In this document: positions 1 to 8,640 of the stretch, piece after piece
How the letters are laid out: every line of letters begins with the position of its first letter
Position numbering within the stretch: the stretch's first letter is position 1
Virus record (IMG/VR): IMGVR_UViG_3300030085_002431
Coordinates: 124,001 to 188,000 of that record
DNA: 64,000 nucleotides
Strand: one strand, 5' to 3'
Notes under the pieces: model-generated
What the model saw: the letters and a program-made list of their open reading frames with translations, nothing else
Told to the model about the DNA's origin: nothing
Database searches by the model: none
Position numbers and translations under genes: made by a program

Positions 1-818
1 CTTCCCGTTCACAGGGTGGCAAGATGATTTCTGGTGATGACAAGATGAGTGGTGCTGAATACACTCACGGTCGTAGAGTCAAGGCAGCAAACCCTGGAAT
101 GCAACCTGATGTAGGTGGCAAGACCAAGCCCAAGTCCCAGGGTAAAATGGACAGAGGTACAAAAGCAGACCTCATGTACCGCAAAGCAAATCTTAAGAAA
201 GCAAACGAGGAAACTGAAATGGCAAATGAGTACGAAGTCTACAATGTAGTCTCCACTTATCTTCTGGAGAACAACTTTGCAGAATCACAAGAAGGTGCTG
301 ATGCAATCATCGAGAACATGAGTTCTGAGTGGGTAGAGCAAGTTATCGAAGAGTACAACGAGTATGTAGATGAGTACAACCTCTTCCTTGAGGAACTCGA
401 TGCAGTTGGTGTAGACCTCGATGAGTGGACCGATGAGGAACTAGAAGAAGCATACAAGAAGCTTCCATTCCGCAAGATGGTCAAGCAGGCAAAGAAGACT
501 GGTAAGTCCCTCGACGACGTTATGAAGGTCTCCCAGAGCCACAACCCATCCAGAGTAAAGGGTCGTTCTGAAGCAAACAAGATGGCAGGTGCTATCACTG
601 GAGGACGTGCAGCAGACCGTAACCCACCAAAGGCAGATAAGTCTAAGGACGAGCCAGGTGGATATGGTGATATGTCCAAGTACACTGGTGACATCTATGC
701 TAAGAAGTTCAAGCCAGGTAAGACAGTTCCTAAGGTAATGAAGTTCGGCAGACCTTTCGGTAAGTACAAGCCAAGAAGCATCAAGTTCGATGACATCAAG
801 AAGCAAGGTCTCGATTGA
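1..818 (+). CDS. Hypothetical, probably virion-internal protein (5' end outside window)
   Basis: Frame is open upstream of 24; acidic YLLENNFAESQEGADAIIENMSSEW segment between Lys-rich segments, typical of cyanomyovirus head-associated proteins. Confidence 0.6.
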   Translation, partial: SRSQGGKMISGDDKMSGAEYTHGRRVKAANPGMQPDVGGKTKPKSQGKMDRGTKADLMYRKANLKKANEETEMANEYEVYNVVSTYLLENNFAESQEGADAIIENMSSEWVEQVIEEYNEYVDEYNLFLEELDAVGVDLDEWTDEELEEAYKKLPFRKMVKQAKKTGKSLDDVMKVSQSHNPSRVKGRSEANKMAGAITGGRAADRNPPKADKSKDEPGGYGDMSKYTGDIYAKKFKPGKTVPKVMKFGRPFGKYKPRSIKFDDIKKQGLD

Positions 819-844
819 GACTCAACTTAAAACTGTATCACACG

Positions 845-879
845 GCACCCTTGACAGGGTGCTTTTTTATGCCTAAAAT
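845..879 (+). terminator. Intrinsic terminator whose loop is a -35 box (TTGACA-17-TAAAAT)
   Basis: GCACCC-TTGACA-GGGTGC-T6; TAAAAT at 874-879. Confidence 0.75.
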
Positions 880-940
880 GACTCTGTGGAGTTTCAAGGT
901 TATATTGTAGCCCTAAATACTTCATAATACTTTTTATATA

Positions 941-1381
941 ATGAGTACTTATGAAAATCCTTGGGTGTTCTTGGAACGAGATTTTGATAGCTCTGATGTT
1001 GGGGACCACTTTGGGTTTGTGTACCTCATTACCAATCTCAAGAACCAACGACAGTACATTGGGAGAAAGTATTTTTGGTCGTTCCGAACCCCAAAAGGTA
1101 AGAAACGAAAAGTAAAGTCAGAGTCTGACTGGAAAAAATATTATGGTTCTTGTCCAGAACTAAAAGAGGATATAAAAAAGTTTGGTAAGGAAAATTTTCG
1201 TAGAGAAATTATATCTTTACATCAAACTAAAGGCAAAGTGAACTACGAAGAAACCAGACAACTCTTTGTGAACGGTGTGTTGACCGAATCTCTTGACGAT
1301 GGCACACCCAAATACTATAATAGTAATGTCCTAGGACGATATTATCGTAAAGATTACTTCAATGAACAGTCTGGAAACTGA
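941..1381 (+). CDS. GIY-YIG family endonuclease
   Basis: GFVYLITN...YIGRK motif, later YYGS and a conserved E. Confidence 0.8.
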   Translation: MSTYENPWVFLERDFDSSDVGDHFGFVYLITNLKNQRQYIGRKYFWSFRTPKGKKRKVKSESDWKKYYGSCPELKEDIKKFGKENFRREIISLHQTKGKVNYEETRQLFVNGVLTESLDDGTPKYYNSNVLGRYYRKDYFNEQSGN

Positions 1382-1556
1382 AATCATCTGCAACACTATC
1401 ATTCAAAGTCATATTGACAGAATGCATCAACTATGTGATGATAAAAAGTTCATGGAAGCAGAAAGTCTTTACATGGAAATTCAACAGTGGGTTATTGAAA
1501 AGGATAATTTAGACGTTCTAACTCTTCCTTTGATTCCTGCTTCTGAATTTGAATAA
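1362..1556 (+). CDS. Hypothetical protein
   Basis: ORF overlapping upstream gene, ending 1 nt before tRNA. Confidence 0.6.
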   Translation: MNSLETEIICNTIIQSHIDRMHQLCDDKKFMEAESLYMEIQQWVIEKDNLDVLTLPLIPASEFE

Positions 1557-1557
1557 T

Positions 1558-1628
1558 GCGAGTGTGGTGTAGCGGTAACATGCGAGCCTTCCAAGCTCTT
1601 GTCACGGGTTCGATCCCCGTCACTCGCT
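1558..1628 (+). tRNA. tRNA-Gly (TCC)
   Basis: GCGAGTG/CACTCGC acceptor stem, CT-TCC-AA anticodon loop, ACGGG-TTCGATC-CCCGT T arm; no encoded CCA. Confidence 0.95.
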
Positions 1629-1644
1629 TGATTAAAATAGAACA

Positions 1645-1893
1645 ATGACTACAGTAAGATGCAAAAATTGTAATGTAGAATTGACAAGTACTAGCAAAGT
1701 ACAATGTTGCGGATGCGACAACCAAATGATGATAGTTGATGATAAAATAGGAGCAGTGAATCTCGATTTAGTTGAGATAGTTAATACTTCCTATAAAAAA
1801 GAAGGTAAAAACGTTCTTAGCAATGAGGATTTACAGTACCAAGAATCAAGACGTACACGAAAAGTAAGAAGAATAGACTTTGAAGAAAAGTAA
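1645..1893 (+). CDS. Small Zn-finger protein
   Basis: CKNC...CCGC. Confidence 0.7.
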   Translation: MTTVRCKNCNVELTSTSKVQCCGCDNQMMIVDDKIGAVNLDLVEIVNTSYKKEGKNVLSNEDLQYQESRRTRKVRRIDFEEK

Positions 1894-2000
1894 ATTTCTT
1901 AATTTTTACTTAATGAGTGTTACGGGATGAACACATTTATGGTCAAGTGAGGCACTAGTTATTATTATATAATAAGTATAACTTCACGGAGACTAACCAC

Positions 2001-2162
2001 ATGGACAAATACACCTACGAGAATTGGGTGAAGATTAAAGAAACATTTGAAGAATCGGGTAACACCGAGAATATGTTTTATCAACGTGCATGTGCTATAG
2101 TAGGAGGGCAACCAGACCCTATTGATGCGAAGTTAAACCCAGATGAGTCACAGGATGGATGA
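2001..2162 (+). CDS. Small hypothetical protein (53 aa, MDKYTYENWVKIK...)
   Basis: GGAG SD; below ORF-track cutoff; resembles a conserved picocyanobacterial small protein. Confidence 0.7.
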   Translation: MDKYTYENWVKIKETFEESGNTENMFYQRACAIVGGQPDPIDAKLNPDESQDG

Positions 2163-2358
2163 GATTAAACCGCCGCACTATGTCACTCGGGAAGAGTGTC
2201 AGGAGATGATTGATGATGCCATACGACAACATAATCGTAATGCTGCGATTATCTCAATGTGTGTTGGCTGGGTTGTTCTTGCACTTTTTTCTGAGGGTCT
2301 GCTTCGACTTATTGGAGTGATTCCACCAGTATTACCATGGCTGAATCCACATTTATAG
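2143..2358 (+). CDS. Small membrane protein
   Basis: MIDDAIRQHNRNA plus hydrophobic helix. Confidence 0.7.
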   Translation: MSHRMDEIKPPHYVTREECQEMIDDAIRQHNRNAAIISMCVGWVVLALFSEGLLRLIGVIPPVLPWLNPHL

Positions 2359-2519
2359 ATTGGTTAGGAACAATTTTATTGTTCCTTTTTGGTATAACAA
2401 TGCTTGTTCAGGGACATTTTATATTTCATGGTAAGCATGGATACAAGCATTCGGAAAGAGAAAAACTAAAGATGGGTAATGCCCGAAAACAGGTAGAAGA
2501 GTTATTCAAAGACAAATGA
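2337..2519 (+). CDS. Small membrane protein
   Basis: N-terminal TM, HGKHGYKH. Confidence 0.65.
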   Translation: MAESTFIDWLGTILLFLFGITMLVQGHFIFHGKHGYKHSEREKLKMGNARKQVEELFKDK

Positions 2520-2692
2520 ATCCAGACCAAAAAAGAGAGTTTTACAAATCTCTCAGGGAACGAATCAATCAGTTAAGAATGAACCATTTGTTTGAAGAAC
2601 CATGTCCATTGTATGAACCAGAGTGGGATGAAGATTATATTTGGGATTGTAGATTAAGTTACGACCATCATCACGAAGAGGAAGGAGCATGA
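2516..2692 (+). CDS. Hypothetical protein (58 aa)
   Basis: ATGA overlaps on both sides. Confidence 0.6.
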   Translation: MNPDQKREFYKSLRERINQLRMNHLFEEPCPLYEPEWDEDYIWDCRLSYDHHHEEEGA

Positions 2693-2811
2693 CAGGAGAA
2701 GAGTGGATGATATTCATCCAATTCCTATCTCATATTCTGTACATGTATGTTGCATTTTTGAGTGGGGTACTTCTTGGTTATGTTATTGGATTTAGAAACG
2801 GGAGCATGTAA
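2689..2811 (+). CDS. Small membrane protein (40 aa)
   Basis: ATGA/TAATG coupling; hydrophobic. Confidence 0.55.
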   Translation: MTGEEWMIFIQFLSHILYMYVAFLSGVLLGYVIGFRNGSM

Positions 2812-3023
2812 TGAAATATCAGTTGACTTTGATACTATGCTTTGCACCACTTGTGGTTATCTACATAGTAATGAAACTAGCCGTTTGGTTATCTGCCATC
2901 AATGCTGAATCGGATTATGTCAGAAAAGAACCTCTACGAAAACGAGGACCCTATGTGGAGGACCCATATGCTGATGTTGACGAAGAGGAAGAGGAATATG
3001 GAGATCGCACAGATTATCGATGA
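2811..3023 (+). CDS. Small membrane protein with acidic tail
   Basis: TM followed by DVDEEEEEY. Confidence 0.65.
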   Translation: MKYQLTLILCFAPLVVIYIVMKLAVWLSAINAESDYVRKEPLRKRGPYVEDPYADVDEEEEEYGDRTDYR

Positions 3024-3141
3024 TTCCCTAAAAGAATATTACTCTGAAATAGGTAAAGATGTTCCGAAATGGAAACAATCGCAACCACAGTGGTGGATTG
3101 ATTACCTAGATAGTCTTGGTATTGATCCTAGGAATCCATGA
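2998..3141 (+). CDS. Hypothetical protein (47 aa)
   Basis: GAGG SD before ATG 2998. Confidence 0.55.
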   Translation: MEIAQIIDDSLKEYYSEIGKDVPKWKQSQPQWWIDYLDSLGIDPRNP

Positions 3142-3221
3142 GTCTTTTATTTGTAATTGTTCTTATGACGTTGTTAATTTCAGGAATGCAATTAACATGG
3201 GCAGGTAGATACAGAGGGTAA
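3138..3221 (+). CDS. 27-aa membrane peptide
   Basis: ATGA overlap; MSLLFVIVLMTLLISGMQLTWAGRYRG. Confidence 0.5.
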   Translation: MSLLFVIVLMTLLISGMQLTWAGRYRG

Positions 3222-3222
3222 A

Positions 3223-3462
3223 ATGAAAAATGAATCTGACAAAGAAAAAGAAAAACGGGAAAGGATAGAACAAGTTTCCAGGCATCTTCACCCTCATGAT
3301 GATGAACCTGACCCCACAGCATATATGGGTAACTACAATTTTCCTCAGATGCTGTTTGCTTTCTGCGTCGGATTCGCAACAATGTTTGTCTTAGCAGTAG
3401 ATGAGATAAACGATTTTAAAGGGTGTCCACTCCCAGAATATTTTTTAAACGAGAGAAAATGA
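3223..3462 (+). CDS. Small membrane protein
   Basis: ORF coupled to gnd by ATGA. Confidence 0.65.
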   Translation: MKNESDKEKEKRERIEQVSRHLHPHDDEPDPTAYMGNYNFPQMLFAFCVGFATMFVLAVDEINDFKGCPLPEYFLNERK

Positions 3463-4508
3463 AAGTAGGAATGATTGGTCTTGGACGAATGGGGGAAGGT
3501 ATGTCCCGTCGTCTTATAGCAGCAGGTCACGAAGTACATGGGTATCGCAACAACTATAAAAAAGCTGAAGAACAATTTGAGAAGGGTTATATCAGTGGAT
3601 GTACCACTTCTCTGGAAAGCCTTGTTCAAGTAGTTCATTCAGGTAAGGGAACTCTTACCCAGGAAGAGTCAAAAAATCCTGGTGTTTTTATGATGGTTGT
3701 ACCAGCAGAAACAGTAGAGGAAACTATCAATGAGCTACTACCATTTTGTGTGGAAGGCGATATTATTATTGATCATGGCAATAGCAATTTTAAGGACTCT
3801 AGACGGAGAGCAGAACGGTTATCTAAACTTGGCATCTCGTATATTGACTGCGGTACTAGTGGTGGTGTTTACGGTTTGGAGCGTGGATACTGTCTTATGG
3901 TTGGTGGTGCAAATACTGCAGTATCCACCTGCTCTCCAATCTTTAGGGCACTCGCACCAGGGATTGGCTCAGCACCAAGAACTGATCCAACAACAAGGGC
4001 AACAAGTGCCGAGTATGGTTGGTTACATTGTGGACCACCTGGAGCAGGTCATTTTGTAAAGATGGTTCATAATGGAATCGAATATGGAATCATGCAAGCA
4101 TACGCAGAAGGATTTGGTATCCTGCATGAAGCAAATACTGGGGCAGCATACGTTGCTGCAGGTGATGCTGAAGTTGCTCCAATGGATAATCCAGAAGACT
4201 ATCAGTATGATATTGACGTTTCTGAAGTGGCTGAGTTATGGCGTCGTGGTAGTGTGGTTGGCAGTTGGTTGCTTGACCTTACCGCTGATGTACTACGCGG
4301 TAATAGAGAGCTTAGCAAGTTCGATGGAGGAGTATCAGACAGTGGTGAGGGTCGTTGGACTGTTCACGCTGCTGTGGATCTTGGCGTACCCGCTCCTGTC
4401 ATCAGCAGTGCGTTGTGGGCTCGTTTTGAGTCACGCCGTCTTGGTGCTTTCACGGCCAAGGTTCTAAATGCTATGAGAGCAATGTTCGGAGGACATGATG
4501 TTAGGTAA
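3459..4508 (+). CDS. gnd: 6-phosphogluconate dehydrogenase (short type)
   Basis: GLGRMG Rossmann motif, DCGTSGG, GHFVKMVHNGIEYG, DSGEGRWT, MRAMFGGH. Confidence 0.97.
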   Translation: MKVGMIGLGRMGEGMSRRLIAAGHEVHGYRNNYKKAEEQFEKGYISGCTTSLESLVQVVHSGKGTLTQEESKNPGVFMMVVPAETVEETINELLPFCVEGDIIIDHGNSNFKDSRRRAERLSKLGISYIDCGTSGGVYGLERGYCLMVGGANTAVSTCSPIFRALAPGIGSAPRTDPTTRATSAEYGWLHCGPPGAGHFVKMVHNGIEYGIMQAYAEGFGILHEANTGAAYVAAGDAEVAPMDNPEDYQYDIDVSEVAELWRRGSVVGSWLLDLTADVLRGNRELSKFDGGVSDSGEGRWTVHAAVDLGVPAPVISSALWARFESRRLGAFTAKVLNAMRAMFGGHDVR

Positions 4509-4629
4509 TTTTCTTATATACATCTGTATTCCATTTGTGTTGACAACACTATATTTTGGAACTAAAGGTGGATATTATGACACAGATAAGTATGATGGTG
4601 ATGGAACAGCACATAAAGTACTTAAATGA
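4498..4629 (+). CDS. ndhP: NDH-1 small subunit NdhP-like (43 aa)
   Basis: TM followed by FGTKGGYYDTDKYDGDGTAH, matching the NdhP FGxxxGFYDxDxYxGxGxAH pattern; GGAGGA SD. Confidence 0.85.
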   Translation: MLGNFLIYICIPFVLTTLYFGTKGGYYDTDKYDGDGTAHKVLK

Positions 4630-4787
4630 ATCACGTTCAACTGTTCGTTAGGTCAGTAATGCAAACTCCATGGTGTCTAGGTGTCATGGGGTTTTTCTTA
4701 GTTTTTGTGCCTATTATTGGTATGCACTTAGTCCACAAGTATGGTTGGGAGCACTGGGAACCCTTTGACAAACGGTCTCACAAGTGA
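4626..4787 (+). CDS. Small membrane protein (53 aa, ...VHKYGWEHWEPF)
   Basis: ATGA overlap with ndhP; TM helix. Confidence 0.7.
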   Translation: MNHVQLFVRSVMQTPWCLGVMGFFLVFVPIIGMHLVHKYGWEHWEPFDKRSHK

Positions 4788-4793
4788 TACTAT
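4765..4793 (+). promoter_or_regulatory. sigma70-type promoter
   Basis: TTGACA-17-TACTAT. Confidence 0.7.
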
Positions 4794-4818
4794 ATACTTA
4801 TAACAATACTTTAATTGT

Positions 4819-5013
4819 ATGGGTCATAAGTTTGAGAATTTCCCAGTAATTCCTATCGCACAGTTCCAAGAAAACTTTGATGAATATATGGAGGATATTG
4901 AAGAAAATAAATCCTCATATATTATTGAAACAGAAGATGGGCAGAGAGCAGTAATGGTTCCTGCTGATGATGATATGATTAGAATGTATACTGACCATGA
5001 AGAAGGTTGCTAA
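4819..5013 (+). CDS. Phd/YefM-like antitoxin-fold protein
   Basis: IPIAQFQENFDEYMEDIEEN...YIIETEDGQRAVMVP pattern. Confidence 0.65.
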   Translation: MGHKFENFPVIPIAQFQENFDEYMEDIEENKSSYIIETEDGQRAVMVPADDDMIRMYTDHEEGC

Positions 5014-5716
5014 AGACCCATATATTTGGGAAGTTCCAAATTCATTGACTGATGAGTTTTGTGATGATTTAATTAAAAAATTTGAAGAAGATCCAGGACA
5101 CGATATGTATAAAGGTGTTACTGGTGAAGGATATAATCCAAATATAAAAGAAACTCTTGACCTGGCAATTTCTGCTAATAGTATTCACTGGAAAGAAGAA
5201 GATAGTTTTATTTGCAAAAAACTTACCAAATCTTCAAATGAATACTATGCTCATATAAAGAAAACTATTGATAACTGTGTCATTTTTAATGATGTCATTA
5301 ACTTAACTGACGATGGATATCATATTCAAAAGTATGTACCCAACACTGGATTTTATACTTGGCATAATGATTATCATTTTAATGATGAACTGGGAAGTAG
5401 AATCTTGACATTTATTTGGTATTTGAATACAGTAGATAATGGTGGTGAAACTGAGTTCACTAATGGGGTGAAAATTAAAGCAGAAAAAGGAAAACTTCTT
5501 ATGTTCCCATCTACTTGGACATATAGTCATAGAGGGTGTATGCCATATTCTAATGATAAGTATATTCTTACTGGGTGGTTATACAATGGATGGTATAAAA
5601 ATATGGACAGTCAAGAGTACAAAAATGCTTGTGAAGAACACAGACAACAAAAATTGAGTATTAAAGAACAAAATGAAAGCTCGATTAGCAATCTGGTGAA
5701 TGCAGCAAACTCATAA
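4997..5716 (+). CDS. 2OG-Fe(II) oxygenase
   Basis: WHND, RILTFIWYLN, GGETEF, HRG...K. Confidence 0.92.
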   Translation: MKKVAKDPYIWEVPNSLTDEFCDDLIKKFEEDPGHDMYKGVTGEGYNPNIKETLDLAISANSIHWKEEDSFICKKLTKSSNEYYAHIKKTIDNCVIFNDVINLTDDGYHIQKYVPNTGFYTWHNDYHFNDELGSRILTFIWYLNTVDNGGETEFTNGVKIKAEKGKLLMFPSTWTYSHRGCMPYSNDKYILTGWLYNGWYKNMDSQEYKNACEEHRQQKLSIKEQNESSISNLVNAANS

Positions 5717-5751
5717 TTTGCCTAAGGAGAGTTCGATCCTCTCATCGAGCA
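5679..5751 (+). tRNA. tRNA-CAT (elongator Met or Ile2)
   Basis: GCTCGAT/ATCGAGC acceptor, GCAAA-CTCATAA-TTTGC, GAGAG-TTCGATC-CTCTC; lacks initiator GGG/CCC stem. Confidence 0.92.
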
Positions 5752-5955
5752 TAGTCTTGGGATGACTTAAAAAGCACCCTGGTCGGGATGGGTTCTTACG
5801 ACCCCTCGGGTTTCTTGCTTTTCCATAAGAGCAAGTGGTGGAGCTAAGTGCTATCGAATATACCCCGCAGGATAAGGGTTAAGCCTGCTGGTGCGGACAT
5901 CTGCAAAGGTTTCTTGTTTTTCCTTACGTCTAAAAAAACAAGTGGCGAGCCTGCA
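5752..5955 (+). ncRNA. Structured cyanophage RNA, manA-like (manA/wcaG group)
   Basis: ~200 nt right after a tRNA and before a sugar epimerase; two GGTTTCTTG...CAAGTGGYG hairpin units, CTGGTCGGG/CTGGTGCGG motifs. Confidence 0.7.
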
Positions 5956-5963
5956 TACTAACG

Positions 5964-6001
5964 GAGAGGGGGTTTACAATGACCCTCTTTTTTAGTATGA
6001 T
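5964..6001 (+). terminator. Terminator with embedded promoter (TTTACA-17-TATGAT)
   Basis: GAGGG...CCCTC-T6 hairpin; -35 box 5973-5978 in the loop. Confidence 0.65.
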
Positions 6002-6036
6002 ATATACTATGGTTTATTATAAGTCTCTGATTTAAC

Positions 6037-7089
6037 ATGGGTCAATATGTAAAGAAGGCACTAGTCCTTGGTGCTGGTGGATTCATTGGAAGTCACATGG
6101 TCAAACGTCTCCGTTCCGAAGGTTATTGGGTACGGGGTGTGGACCTTAAACGTCCTGAGTTTTCTCCTACTGAAGCAAATGAATTTGTTCAGGGGGACCT
6201 ACGTGATGTAGATTTTGTCAGTCGTGTACTTCAGTACAAGGGGGATCGTGGCAATTTCTATAATTCTGTTCCTTATAGGTACATTGGTGCCTTTGATGAA
6301 ATCTATCAGTTTGCTGCTGACATGGGTGGTGCTGGTTTCGTCTTTACTGGTGAAAACGATGCTGACATTATGCATAATAGTGTTAGTATTAATTTGAATG
6401 TTCTTGAAGAGCAACGTAAATTTAATGAACAACTCGGTAAAAATACTACTAAAATTTTCTACTCTGGTTCTGCTTGCATGTATCCTGAGCATAACCAACT
6501 TGATCCCAATAATCCTGATTGTCGGGAGTCTTCTGCTTATCCCGCAAATCCAGACTCTGAGTATGGTTGGGAAAAGTTGTTTAGTGAACGTCTATATCTG
6601 GCTTACAATCGCAACCACGGGATTCCTGTACGTGTTGCTCGATATCATAACATCTTTGGACCCGAAGGTACGTGGCAAGGAGGAAGAGAAAAAGCTCCTG
6701 CTGCGATTTGTAGAAAGGTGGCTTATCTTCCGTCTGAGGGAGGTGCTATCGAAGTATGGGGAGACGGAGGACAGACAAGAAGTTTCCTCTTCATCGACGA
6801 GTGCATCGAAGCAACCAGAAGACTGATGGACTCTGACTTCCTTGGACCTGTGAACATTGGTTCTGAGGAGATGGTTACTATTAATGAACTTGTAGATACT
6901 GCTGCTAGGGTTGCAGGCAAAGAAGTTCTTAGGATGCATATCGATGGACCTCTTGGTGTTCGTGGACGTAATTCCAACAACGACCTTGTTCGTGAGAAAC
7001 TTGGTTGGGATTATTCTCAAACCTTAGAAGAAGGAATTCGTAAAACATACGAATGGATTTGTTCTCAAATTGATATTGTTGGAGAGTGA
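6037..7089 (+). CDS. GDP-mannose 3,5-epimerase-like NAD-dependent epimerase
   Basis: GAGGFIG, AADMGGAGF, SACMYPE, YGWEK, GGREKAPAAICRK. Confidence 0.92.
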   Translation: MGQYVKKALVLGAGGFIGSHMVKRLRSEGYWVRGVDLKRPEFSPTEANEFVQGDLRDVDFVSRVLQYKGDRGNFYNSVPYRYIGAFDEIYQFAADMGGAGFVFTGENDADIMHNSVSINLNVLEEQRKFNEQLGKNTTKIFYSGSACMYPEHNQLDPNNPDCRESSAYPANPDSEYGWEKLFSERLYLAYNRNHGIPVRVARYHNIFGPEGTWQGGREKAPAAICRKVAYLPSEGGAIEVWGDGGQTRSFLFIDECIEATRRLMDSDFLGPVNIGSEEMVTINELVDTAARVAGKEVLRMHIDGPLGVRGRNSNNDLVREKLGWDYSQTLEEGIRKTYEWICSQIDIVGE

Positions 7090-7091
7090 GT

Positions 7092-7754
7092 ATGAGTACA
7101 TTAGTTTATGTTGGTGCCAATGAAGGAGTATCTTTATGGGGACTGATTGAGCATTTTGATGAGGTTCATGTATTTGAACCTGACCCAGAAATTTTTGCAA
7201 AGTTGAAAAAAAGATATCAGCAGTTTGAGTGGGTTACTCTTAACAATGCTGCATGTTCAGATAAAGATGGTGAGAGTTCTTTCTTTGTAACTAATAATAG
7301 AGTTGCTAGTAGTCTTGGTGCTGGTAGTGAAGAGTTTCAGGGGTTTGGTGATTACAATAAAGTAATGAAAGAGGTTACTGTAAAAACCATTAACCTTTCT
7401 AAATATCTTGAAGAAAAAGGAATCGAAGACATTGACCTTTATTATTCCGATTGTCAGGGAAGTGACCTTACTGTTCTGAATACTATTAAAGAATGGGTTG
7501 ATGCTGGAAAGATTAAAGAAATTTTCACAGAAACACATAACAATGGAAGGTTGTTGTATGAAGGTTTAGATAATCAGTTTGAAGGTTTTGTGAAAATCTT
7601 ATCTAAAAACTATGACTTCATTCATGCAAGTCTAGGATGTGAACAAGCAAGACTTGTGGGTGCTGAAGATATTCCAGATAGCAATCCAGAGTTTGATAGT
7701 TATTGGAGATTGAAAAATAATCCACCAGGCATCGGAGTTCATCTGAGAGCTTGA
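7092..7754 (+). CDS. FkbM-family methyltransferase
   Basis: VGANEG, FEPDP, DCQGSDL. Confidence 0.85.
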   Translation: MSTLVYVGANEGVSLWGLIEHFDEVHVFEPDPEIFAKLKKRYQQFEWVTLNNAACSDKDGESSFFVTNNRVASSLGAGSEEFQGFGDYNKVMKEVTVKTINLSKYLEEKGIEDIDLYYSDCQGSDLTVLNTIKEWVDAGKIKEIFTETHNNGRLLYEGLDNQFEGFVKILSKNYDFIHASLGCEQARLVGAEDIPDSNPEFDSYWRLKNNPPGIGVHLRA

Positions 7755-7782
7755 TATATGTACACGAAATTACTATTGTATA

Positions 7783-8640
7783 ATGAAAATTACAGTACTT
7801 GGTTCTAGTGGGCAAATTGGTGCCTACCTTACAGAATATCTTAGAAGAAAAGGTCACACTGTTCATGAATTTGATGTCGTAAATGGTCGGCACCATGATG
7901 CAACAGTTATTCCTAATGCAGAACTACATCGAGTCATTTACGATACTGACTTTGTGTTCTTTCTTGCGTTTGATGTTGGTGGGTCACGATACCTTAAAAA
8001 GTATCAACATACCTTCAAGTTCATTGACAACAACACCAGGTTGATGACACAGGCATTTGGTCTGATTGAAAAGTATAAGAAACGGTTTGTGTTTGCTTCA
8101 TCTCAGATGAGTAACATGTCTTACTCTCCATATGGTGTAATGAAACGTGTAGGAGAACTCTACACAATGGCACTTAAGGGACTTACTGTTAAGTTCTGGA
8201 ATGTTTATGGTATTGAGAAAGACCATGACAAAGCACACGTTATTACTGACTTCATCCGTAAGGGATTTGAAGAAGGTGATTTTGAAATGATGACTGACGG
8301 TACTGAAGAACGTCAGTTTCTCTATGCAGAGGACTGCTGTGAGGCATTAGAGACAGTGATGAATTCCTATACTGAATTTAAACCAGAAGACCCTCTCCAC
8401 ATTACTTCCTTTAGAACAACCACTATTAAGGAAGTTGCTGCAATTATCCAAGGACTCTTTTCTCGTATTGGAAAGACAGTTCATATTTCACCTGGACTTG
8501 CAAAGGATAGTGTTCAGTTAGACAAGAGAAACGAAGCAGATAATTACATCATGGATTGGTGGTTGCCTCAGACCAGTATTCAAGATGGTATTAAGGCAGT
8601 GTTTGATGAGATGGCAAAGGAATATGACGTTCAAAATTAA
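7783..8640 (+). CDS. NAD-dependent epimerase/dehydratase
   Basis: GSSGQIG, FASS, YGVMK, RQFLYAED. Confidence 0.88.
   Translation: MKITVLGSSGQIGAYLTEYLRRKGHTVHEFDVVNGRHHDATVIPNAELHRVIYDTDFVFFLAFDVGGSRYLKKYQHTFKFIDNNTRLMTQAFGLIEKYKKRFVFASSQMSNMSYSPYGVMKRVGELYTMALKGLTVKFWNVYGIEKDHDKAHVITDFIRKGFEEGDFEMMTDGTEERQFLYAEDCCEALETVMNSYTEFKPEDPLHITSFRTTTIKEVAAIIQGLFSRIGKTVHISPGLAKDSVQLDKRNEADNYIMDWWLPQTSIQDGIKAVFDEMAKEYDVQN

Noticed and set aside
835-848. GTA-N8-CAC near first terminator
   Set aside because: Imperfect and overlaps the hairpin stem; insufficient support
941-1381. GIY-YIG gene as a mobile homing element
   Set aside because: Single short domain, no DNA-binding extension or interrupted host gene; mobility unsupported
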